A stretch of 61,930 bases of DNA, filler included, from Stramenopiles sp. TOSAG23-2 (Eukaryota), in assembly GCA_900128395.1 (NCBI GenBank). It is 5 parts of 5 records of this genome, joined end to end, with 100 filler letters (N's around TTAATTAATTAA, not from the genome) between each part and the next. Parts side by side here need not be neighbours in the genome. Positions count along the whole stretch, not along the records: positions 24,885 to 37,186 come from LT649864.1; 4 more parts are not named here. One strand, written 5' to 3'. The first letter of the stretch is position 1. Each line of letters starts with the position of its first letter. Positions 24,890 through 34,294 of the stretch are shown here, piece by piece. The position numbers were made by a program, and so were the translations under genes. Under the pieces are notes generated by a model, which worked only from the letters and a program-made list of their open reading frames with translations, searched no databases and had not been told where the DNA came from.

Positions 24890-25777
24890 ATGATAAATAT
24901 GTTTGCGAAAACATGTAAAAAATTTCTTGAATATGATCCGTTGCGTTGGTATTATTTTAGAGTTGTATTAGCAAAAAAATATGGAGTGAATTTTAATGAT
25001 AGTAGAATAACTTTCGCTGGAAAGAACATCAGTGATAAGGATTTACAAAATATAGCTGAAGCATTGAAAGGAAACAATACATTGACATACTTGGACCTAG
25101 ATAATAATAATATTATTGACATACAAATTATTGGTGAATTGTTAAAAACAAACAATACATTACAAATATTGGGCCTAGAAAATAATAATATTACTGATGT
25201 ACAAAGTATTGGTGATGCATTAAAAACAAACAATACATTACAAATATTGCGCCTAGAAAATAATAATATTACTGATGTACAAAGTATTGGTGAGGAACTA
25301 AAAACAAATGATACATTGACGTACTTGTACCTAGATAATAACAATATTATTGATGTACAAAGTATTGGTGAAGGATTACAAACAAACAATACATTAAAGA
25401 TATTGCGCCTATCTAATAATAATATTACTGACGTACAAACTATTACCGAAGGATTAAAAACAAACAATACATTAGCATCATTGAACCTATCTAATAATAA
25501 TATTATTGATGTACAAAATATTGGTGAAAGATTAAAAACAAACAACAGTTTAACGAGATTGGACCTAGATAATAATAATATTACTGATGATAGTGGAATA
25601 CAAACTATTATTGATGGATTAAAAACAAACAATACATTAAAGAGATTGCACCTATCTAATAATCAACTTAGTGATAATATGAAATCACAATTAAAAGCTA
25701 TGCAACAATATAAAAAAGATGGATCAAACGGGTATCAACAAGTGCAAGAGATGGTGATACAGACAGTATTATGGTAA
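24890..25777 (+). CDS. LRR protein, 26-aa RI/NLRC3-like repeats (5' end probably cut by contig edge)
   Basis: Eight LKTNNTLxxLxLxNNN units, mostly 78 bp apart, plus a C-cap shared with the gene at 61409. Confidence 0.85.
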   Translation: MINMFAKTCKKFLEYDPLRWYYFRVVLAKKYGVNFNDSRITFAGKNISDKDLQNIAEALKGNNTLTYLDLDNNNIIDIQIIGELLKTNNTLQILGLENNNITDVQSIGDALKTNNTLQILRLENNNITDVQSIGEELKTNDTLTYLYLDNNNIIDVQSIGEGLQTNNTLKILRLSNNNITDVQTITEGLKTNNTLASLNLSNNNIIDVQNIGERLKTNNSLTRLDLDNNNITDDSGIQTIIDGLKTNNTLKRLHLSNNQLSDNMKSQLKAMQQYKKDGSNGYQQVQEMVIQTVLW

Positions 25778-25911
25778 ATAAAATTAAGTTAATATATATA
25801 TATATACGTATATAATAATATTTTTTACTTCTCATGTTAAATAATATGCTCAATACTCAATCTGGAGAATAAATATTCTATCCTACTATTAATTTTTAAA
25901 ATTTCAGTTTT

Positions 25912-27045
25912 TTAAAAGTATATATGTTGGTATATATATGTTACTCCAGCACGACATTTACCTACTTCATAACCGACTGCATTTGAAACATTTACTGATA
26001 CCATTGTACGATTCAAATTGATTAGCACCAATCTATCTGCCAATATATTGTCCACCGTGGTTGACTCACATTCCAATATCACATTTGCGTCACATGAACC
26101 AGAATTGTTTGTATACCCTTTCACCAAATATATATGACAATGTCCAGATGAATTATGTTTCACACAAATGAATAACCCTTCTTTTAACTCTGAAAAATGT
26201 GATATTGGATTCATGCGGAATTTCTGCTGCAAACTTCTAATTAAATTTCTTGGTTTTTTTCGTAAGACCTCCCACCAATTAATAGTCGCATGATCCTTCC
26301 CCGCCACTGTTAGCCGATCGTTGGTTTCATCCAACAGGCTTACCATGTACTCTTCTGGTGGAGCACCAAGAATTTCCGACCACGAACTTTTTTGACCACA
26401 ACTTCCGCACTGTAATGAAAATGCCATTTTCTTCCATGTCACCTTTTCTTTTACCATAAGCAACCAAAACAACATAAACGATTTTACATCATCCCATTTT
26501 GCCTCTGGAGCATCACCTGCATTGTCTCCACATCTTCTCATCATATGCAAAACAAATCTCTTCTCGCTCCAACAGTTGTTGTAATCAATCACCCATTCAT
26601 CTACATTCTTATGCTTTTGTTGTTCCATCCCTTCCACATTATAACGCCAAAACTGTCGAAACTGATTACGTACAGCGGACCACCAGTTGCCTTTTAATTC
26701 AGTGTCATTTACAAATCTCACACATATATTATAGACAAATGCTATCTTATCCATTTTACCTTTGCCTACAGGAACTTCATTTGCATTTTCCAATATTTTG
26801 GACACTTTTTTAAAAAGTCCCATATCTGGCGCATATACTTCATTTCCATACATGCCCATACGGGCCTGAGTCATTTCTTTTTGACCAAACTCACTCGTTT
26901 TTATTTTCTCAAGGCCATGTAGCCAAATCAAACGATACACTACTTCCATTTGGGTAACCATTACAATCTTTTTAATACCATCAAATACCTTTTGTATTTC
27001 TTTTTCCATTTCCATTTCCATTTCTATTTCCATTTCTTCTGACAT
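25912..27045 (-). CDS. Orphan protein, 377 aa (CxxC; possible HUH motif GHCHIYLV)
   Basis: Intact ATG-to-stop ORF inside the candidate element; no family recognised. Confidence 0.7.
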   Translation of the reverse strand: MSEEMEIEMEMEMEKEIQKVFDGIKKIVMVTQMEVVYRLIWLHGLEKIKTSEFGQKEMTQARMGMYGNEVYAPDMGLFKKVSKILENANEVPVGKGKMDKIAFVYNICVRFVNDTELKGNWWSAVRNQFRQFWRYNVEGMEQQKHKNVDEWVIDYNNCWSEKRFVLHMMRRCGDNAGDAPEAKWDDVKSFMLFWLLMVKEKVTWKKMAFSLQCGSCGQKSSWSEILGAPPEEYMVSLLDETNDRLTVAGKDHATINWWEVLRKKPRNLIRSLQQKFRMNPISHFSELKEGLFICVKHNSSGHCHIYLVKGYTNNSGSCDANVILECESTTVDNILADRLVLINLNRTMVSVNVSNAVGYEVGKCRAGVTYIYQHIYF

Positions 27046-27236
27046 TTTCTTTCTTCTATAAATACAAATATATTGTTAATCCTTTCAATCTCTCTCTATA
27101 TATGTATATATACATATATACATAAGAAAAAAACTTCTACTACACTAATACTTATGTAAATACTTCCTTTTATATGTTTATGAAATATGTTAAAATTAGA
27201 AAACCCTGCATTATTATGTACTAAAACAATAGTTAT

Positions 27237-27675
27237 AACCAGTGTCCGCTATAACCTTAACTTCAATAAATTCTTGGACTTTGGTAATATTTCATTTTTT
27301 ACCAAAGTCTATTAATCCCATTAACAGGCCACACCATTGTCACCAGGATTTCCTTCAATTCATGAAGTGCTATCTGATGCTAAATGCCATCCACAGCCAG
27401 ACGTCAACTCCATACAGGGACACAGCATACAATACCTTTCCTACAGTTCTTACCTTATCCATTTATACTTAATTATACTCTTTCTAAATTTACAAAAATA
27501 TACACTACACACAACCAGTGTCCGCTATAACCTTAACTTCAATAAATTCTTGGACTTTGGTAATATTTAATTTTTTACCAAAGTCTATTAATCCCATTAA
27601 CAGGCCACACCATTGTACCTTATCCATTTATACTTAATTACTCTTTCTAAATTTACAAAAATATACACTACACAC
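27237..27675. repeat. Internal tandem repeat, 276-bp period; second unit lacks ~110 bp
   Basis: 27237-27340 ~ 27513-27616 and 27451-27512 ~ 27616-27675. Confidence 0.85.
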
Positions 27676-27724
27676 TACATACAGATAATGTAAAAACAAG
27701 TATATTAAAAAAAAGTTACTTTTT

Positions 27725-27982
27725 TTAATTCACATACTCCCAAAAGTCGACCAATCTTAACATTTCTAACATTGTCCATGTTGAAATATCATCAGCGTAC
27801 CTGACATCAGGGACCCACCCATTTCCAGTCCAAAGTAAGGGGCAAAGAGTAAATGTTCTGTTTACTACATTTGTAGAAAAATCAATTTCCATAATTTCGT
27901 AAATTTCACGATTTCCAGCATTATACGACATAATTATGTCATTTCTTCGAAAGCTACTTATGTTTTGAAAATTTTCATCCAT
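27725..27982 (-). CDS. Small orphan protein, 85 aa
   Basis: ATG preceded by an A-run as in other genes here; complex amino-acid composition. Confidence 0.55.
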   Translation of the reverse strand: MDENFQNISSFRRNDIIMSYNAGNREIYEIMEIDFSTNVVNRTFTLCPLLWTGNGWVPDVRYADDISTWTMLEMLRLVDFWEYVN

Positions 27983-28333
27983 TTTTTTTTTACTAAATGT
28001 TTTTTATTTCGAGTATTGTATATATTTGTAGTTATAAATAACTTTTTTAAAACTTTTCGATTTTTTTTGTAATGTATTATGTTTAGTTATACTGGTTTTA
28101 TATGTTCTATTGAAGTAGTTCTTTATTTTAATTTATTTGTATATATTTTATTATACTTCATTAATGAAATTATATAAAAGAAAATTATTATTATTATTAT
28201 CTGTATTTCTGGTATTGTACATTCCTATATAAAATTACTAGTAATAATAAACTCTCTCGCTGCTGCTAAATCCCTGCTGTTGATATACTATTTACAACAG
28301 CCTTTTTTCTGTCCTAGATCCCTTCCTTTTTCC

Positions 28334-28591
28334 AAAAAGTCTAGTGAATAGTGCACTACGTAGTATTGGTTATACAATATAGTCTAACTATTACTATAAT
28401 AGTATTATATTCTGAAAATTACCACAACTAGGAAATGTGCTATTATTACAGAGCTTTTCATAATGAATGGTTCTCATTACACGCCGACAAAAATATTATC
28501 TATTAACTAAATTTACAAACAAATTAAAATAAAAAGTCTAGTGAATAGTGCACTACGTAGTATTGGTTATACAATAGACTAACTATTACTA
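28334..28591. repeat. ~60-bp direct repeat with palindromes GTGCAC and ACTACGTAGT (28334-28396 / 28531-28591)
   Basis: Direct comparison. Confidence 0.8.
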
Positions 28592-29234
28592 GTATTGTAC
28601 TATACTAACAAACCTATTACCTATTTTATAACAACTACGTTGTATTGGCTTGAGGACACTAATGGTGTATTGCTGTTATTAAGCTACATTATGCTGTGTT
28701 CCTCCTTTCGAACAGAAATGGTGTGTTCCTGTTATTAAGCTATATACAGGCACACACCATGTACCATTTTTTCTCCACAACTATTAGCTGAATCAGCCGC
28801 CTGCCAAGACATACATTGTTAACATTTTTCAACACTATTGTTAATATACTTACAAGCTTCTTCCCTATATATCAACTTCCATTTTACCTCAAATAGATAA
28901 AATATAAAGTACATTTTTTATACTCTAACATTATCCTTCAAAGCCTACACTTTTTCGTTCAAATTTTGATACTGAGAATACATTTTACCAGTAAAATTTT
29001 ATGCCCCTTAAGTCATTTTCACCATTTAACGACATTGTAATTTCTTGGGCAGGGGTCCTTGCCTCACAGGCGTCTGTAACTTTATTTTATATTATCATTA
29101 TTTTAATAATTTGATAATATATATGAAAAATGAATTACTAAAGGAATAAAGTTGTTCACGAATGAAGGATAACAGATCCATCTCCGCAAACATTTACTCA
29201 AGTTTTAGATGAAAAGGTAACGAAGAAAGTAAAT

Positions 29235-30837
29235 ATGAATGAAAAACTTGCCAAATTGTTTTTGAAAGCATCTGAAAAAGAAGCTAAAAGCGATAAAATT
29301 AAAGAAGCATATTATAAAGTTCATTTAGCAATTTCAAAACTTCCGTATGTCATTGGTAATGCTGGTGCGCCGACAGGGAAAGAAATGGGTGAACATGGTA
29401 ACAAACATAAAGTACCTAGTATTGGAAAAGTATCTGGTTCGTATATTGATGAATATCTACGTACGGGTACGATAAAACATTTTAAGATCAATTATGGAAT
29501 GACATTTAATGAAGATAGTGAGGAGGAGAATAATAATAGTTCCAATAAAACAACACAAAATCTTGATCTTGGAGCAGCAGCTATTGATGGGGGTGTAACA
29601 AATGATGGATTACCTCTAATGCAACAGCATAAAGGCGAACAACTTAAACAAAGGTCCAAACAAAGGAAAAAAGCAGAACGTTTAGCTAAACATCAACTTG
29701 AAACAAAGGTCCAAACAAAGGAAAAAAGCAGAACGTTTAGCTAAACATCAACTTGATTCTGATAAAATAAGACAATTATCAGAAGAATATGCTACTTCAT
29801 TTGGCATTTCAAGAGAAAAAGCAACAGAAATTCTAAATGCAAATCCAATACTTCTACAAAATGGACAACTACAACAGCTTCGTCAAATGGGTCCTTTCTT
29901 AGAAATGTTTCGAAAAACTATTGCTGCACCACAGATTACAAAATGTGCCGCCTGCCATAAGCTACCAACCACACCATTGAATATGCCTTGTAATCATCGG
30001 TTGCGTTGTTATTATTTTAGAGTTGTATTAGCAAAAAAATATGGAGTGAATTTTAATGATAGTAGAATAACTTTCGCTGGAAAGAACATCAGTGATAAGG
30101 ATTTACAAAATATAGCTGAAGCATTGAAAGGAAACAATACATTGACATACTTGGACCTAGATAATAATAATATTATTGACATACAAATTATTGGTGAATT
30201 GTTAAAAACAAACAATACATTACAAATATTGGGCCTAGAAAATAATAATATTACTGATGTACAAAGTATTGGTGATGCATTAAAAACAAACAATACATTA
30301 CAAATATTGCGCCTAGAAAATAATAATATTACTGATGTACAAAGTATTGGTGAGGAACTAAAAACAAATGATACATTGACGTACTTGTACCTAGATAATA
30401 ACAATATTATTGATGTACAAAGTATTGGTGAAGGATTACAAACAAACAATACATTAAAGATATTGCGCCTATCTAATAATAATATTACTGACGTACAAAC
30501 TATTACCGAAGGATTAAAAACAAACAATACATTAGCATCATTGAACCTATCTAATAATAATATTATTGATGTACAAAATATTGGTGAAAGATTAAAAACA
30601 AACAACAGTTTAACGAGATTGGACCTAGATAATAATAATATTACTGATGATAGTGGAATACAAACTATTATTGATGGATTAAAAACAAACAATACATTAA
30701 AGAGATTGCACCTATCTAATAATCAACTTAGTGATAATATGAAATCACAATTAAAAGCTATGCAACAATATAAAAAAGATGGATCAAACGGGTATCAACA
30801 AGTGCAAGAGATGGTGATACAGACAGTATTATGGTAA
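29235..30837 (+). CDS. Chimeric HhH (Pol beta N-term-like) + partial RING + LRR gene, frameshifted by a 55-bp duplication (515 aa if the duplication is removed)
   Basis: 29646-29700 is repeated at 29701-29755; deleting one copy fuses ORFs 29235 and 29698 in frame. CAACHK...PCNHRLRC precedes the LRRs. Confidence 0.65.
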
Positions 30838-30971
30838 ATAAAATTAAGTTAATATATATATATATACGTATATAATAATATTTTTTACTTCTCATGTTAA
30901 ATAATATGCTCAATACTCAATCTGGAGAATAAATATTCTATCCTACTATTAATTTTTAAAATTTCAGTTTT

Positions 30972-32105
30972 TTAAAAGTATATATGTTGGTATATATATG
31001 TTACTCCAGCACGACATTTACCTACTTCATAACCGACTGCATTTGAAACATTTACTGATACCATTGTACGATTCAAATTGATTAGCACCAATCTATCTGC
31101 CAATATATTGTCCACCGTGGTTGACTCACATTCCAATATCACATTTGCGTCACATGAACCAGAATTGTTTGTATACCCTTTCACCAAATATATATGACAA
31201 TGTCCAGATGAATTATGTTTCACACAAATGAATAACCCTTCTTTTAACTCTGAAAAATGTGATATTGGATTCATGCGGAATTTCTGCTGCAAACTTCTAA
31301 TTAAATTTCTTGGTTTTTTTCGTAAGACCTCCCACCAATTAATAGTCGCATGATCCTTCCCCGCCACTGTTAGCCGATCGTTGGTTTCATCCAACAGGCT
31401 TACCATGTACTCTTCTGGTGGAGCACCAAGAATTTCCGACCACGAACTTTTTTGACCACAACTTCCGCACTGTAATGAAAATGCCATTTTCTTCCATGTC
31501 ACCTTTTCTTTTACCATAAGCAACCAAAACAACATAAACGATTTTACATCATCCCATTTTGCCTCTGGAGCATCACCTGCATTGTCTCCACATCTTCTCA
31601 TCATATGCAAAACAAATCTCTTCTCGCTCCAACAGTTGTTGTAATCAATCACCCATTCATCTACATTCTTATGCTTTTGTTGTTCCATCCCTTCCACATT
31701 ATAACGCCAAAACTGTCGAAACTGATTACGTACAGCGGACCACCAGTTGCCTTTTAATTCAGTGTCATTTACAAATCTCACACATATATTATAGACAAAT
31801 GCTATCTTATCCATTTTACCTTTGCCTACAGGAACTTCATTTGCATTTTCCAATATTTTGGACACTTTTTTAAAAAGTCCCATATCTGGCGCATATACTT
31901 CATTTCCATACATGCCCATACGGGCCTGAGTCATTTCTTTTTGACCAAACTCACTCGTTTTTATTTTCTCAAGGCCATGTAGCCAAATCAAACGATACAC
32001 TACTTCCATTTGGGTAACCATTACAATCTTTTTAATACCATCAAATACCTTTTGTATTTCTTTTTCCATTTCCATTTCCATTTCTATTTCCATTTCTTCT
32101 GACAT
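30972..32105 (-). CDS. Orphan protein, 377 aa, copy 2
   Basis: Identical translation to 25912-27045. Confidence 0.7.
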   Translation of the reverse strand: MSEEMEIEMEMEMEKEIQKVFDGIKKIVMVTQMEVVYRLIWLHGLEKIKTSEFGQKEMTQARMGMYGNEVYAPDMGLFKKVSKILENANEVPVGKGKMDKIAFVYNICVRFVNDTELKGNWWSAVRNQFRQFWRYNVEGMEQQKHKNVDEWVIDYNNCWSEKRFVLHMMRRCGDNAGDAPEAKWDDVKSFMLFWLLMVKEKVTWKKMAFSLQCGSCGQKSSWSEILGAPPEEYMVSLLDETNDRLTVAGKDHATINWWEVLRKKPRNLIRSLQQKFRMNPISHFSELKEGLFICVKHNSSGHCHIYLVKGYTNNSGSCDANVILECESTTVDNILADRLVLINLNRTMVSVNVSNAVGYEVGKCRAGVTYIYQHIYF

Positions 32106-32784
32106 TTTCTTTCTTCTATAAATACAAATATATTGTTAATCCTTTCAATCTCTCTCTATATATGTATATATACATATATACATAAGAAAAAAACTTCTAC
32201 TACACTAATACTTATGTAAATACTTCCTTTTATATGTTTATGAAATATGTTAAAATTAGAAAACCCTGCATTATTATGTACTAAAACAATAGTTATAACC
32301 AGTGTCCGCTATAACCTTAACTTCAATAAATTCTTGGACTTTGGTAATATTTCATTTTTTACCAAAGTCTATTAATCCCATTAACAGGCCACACCATTGT
32401 CACCAGGATTTCCTTCAATTCATGAAGTGCTATCTGATGCTAAATGCCATCCACAGCCAGACGTCAACTCCATACAGGGACACAGCATACAATACCTTTC
32501 CTACAGTTCTTACCTTATCCATTTATACTTAATTATACTCTTTCTAAATTTACAAAAATATACACTACACACAACCAGTGTCCGCTATAACCTTAACTTC
32601 AATAAATTCTTGGACTTTGGTAATATTTAATTTTTTACCAAAGTCTATTAATCCCATTAACAGGCCACACCATTGTACCTTATCCATTTATACTTAATTA
32701 CTCTTTCTAAATTTACAAAAATATACACTACACACTACATACAGATAATGTAAAAACAAGTATATTAAAAAAAAGTTACTTTTT

Positions 32785-33042
32785 TTAATTCACATACTCC
32801 CAAAAGTCGACCAATCTTAACATTTCTAACATTGTCCATGTTGAAATATCATCAGCGTACCTGACATCAGGGACCCACCCATTTCCAGTCCAAAGTAAGG
32901 GGCAAAGAGTAAATGTTCTGTTTACTACATTTGTAGAAAAATCAATTTCCATAATTTCGTAAATTTCACGATTTCCAGCATTATACGACATAATTATGTC
33001 ATTTCTTCGAAAGCTACTTATGTTTTGAAAATTTTCATCCAT
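32785..33042 (-). CDS. Small orphan protein, 85 aa, copy 2
   Basis: Identical translation to 27725-27982. Confidence 0.55.
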   Translation of the reverse strand: MDENFQNISSFRRNDIIMSYNAGNREIYEIMEIDFSTNVVNRTFTLCPLLWTGNGWVPDVRYADDISTWTMLEMLRLVDFWEYVN

Positions 33043-34294
33043 TTTTTTTTTACTAAATGTTTTTTATTTCGAGTATTGTATATATTTGTAGTTATAAATA
33101 ACTTTTTTAAAACTTTTCGATTTTTTTTGTAATGTATTATGTTTAGTTATACTGGTTTTATATGTTCTATTGAAGTAGTTCTTTATTTTAATTTATTTGT
33201 ATATATTTTATTATACTTCATTAATGAAATTATATAAAAGAAAATTATTATTATTATTATCTGTATTTCTGGTATTGTACATTCCTATATAAAATTACTA
33301 GTAATAATAAACTCTCTCGCTGCTGCTAAATCCCTGCTGTTGATATACTATTTACAACAGCCTTTTTTCTGTCCTAGATCCCTTCCTTTTTCCAAAAAGT
33401 CTAGTGAATAGTGCACTACGTAGTATTGGTTATACAATATAGTCTAACTATTACTATAATAGTATTATATTCTGAAAATTACCACAACTAGGAAATGTGC
33501 TATTATTACAGAGCTTTTCATAATGAATGGTTCTCATTACACGCCGACAAAAATATTATCTATTAACTAAATTTACAAACAAATTAAAATAAAAAGTCTA
33601 GTGAATAGTGCACTACGTAGTATTGGTTATACAATAGACTAACTATTACTAGTATTGTACTATACTAACAAACCTATTACCTATTTTATAACAACTACGT
33701 TGTATTGGCTTGAGGACACTAATGGTGTATTGCTGTTATTAAGCTACATTATGCTGTGTTCCTCCTTTCGAACAGAAATGGTGTGTTCCTGTTATTAAGC
33801 TATATACAGGCACACACCATGTACCATTTTTTCTCCACAACTATTAGCTGAATCAGCCGCCTGCCAAGACATACATTGTTAACATTTTTCAACACTATTG
33901 TTAATATACTTACAAGCTTCTTCCCTATATATCAACTTCCATTTTACCTCAAATAGATAAAATATAAAGTACATTTTTTATACTCTAACATTATCCTTCA
34001 AAGCCTACACTTTTTCGTTCAAATTTTGATACTGAGAATACATTTTACCAGTAAAATTTTATGCCCCTTAAGTCATTTTCACCATTTAACGACATTGTAA
34101 TTTCTTGGGCAGGGGTCCTTGCCTCACAGGCGTCTGTAACTTTATTTTATATTATCATTATTTTAATAATTTGATAATATATATGAAAAATGAATTACTA
34201 AAGGAATAAAGTTGTTCACGAATGAAGGATAACAGATCCATCTCCGCAAACATTTACTCAAGTTTTAGATGAAAAGGTAACGAAGAAAGTAAAT

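Larger units (their letters stand above)
25842..29080 (+). mobile_element. Candidate non-TIR, Helitron/Helitron2-like element, copy 1 (~3.2 kb)
   Basis: Left 48 nt match 49470-49516; right ~36 nt match 49675-49712. TCTATCCTACTAT near the left end; GC hairpin ~10 nt before the right end; T-rich flank; internal tandem repeats; orphan ORFs. Confidence 0.55.
30902..34140 (+). mobile_element. Candidate non-TIR element, copy 2
   Basis: Same as 25842-29080 at +5060. Confidence 0.55.

Noticed and set aside
24952-25632. 226-aa antisense ORF (also 30012-30692) and other shadow ORFs such as 20634-21293 and 13438-13977
   Set aside because: Reverse-frame by-products of repetitive or codon-biased real genes.
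25040-25680. CRISPR-like array or DGR template/variable repeats
   Set aside because: The 78-bp periodicity is in-frame LRR coding sequence; there are no cas or reverse-transcriptase genes, and variation is not confined to adenines.
25912-27045. Fanzor/TnpB cargo, as known for Helitron2
   Set aside because: No RuvC I/II/III acidic motifs or paired zinc ribbon are recognisable.
29646-29755. Programmed frameshift between the HhH and LRR ORFs
   Set aside because: The shift is fully explained by an exact 55-bp duplication that is absent from copy 2 and resembles other stutters in the window.
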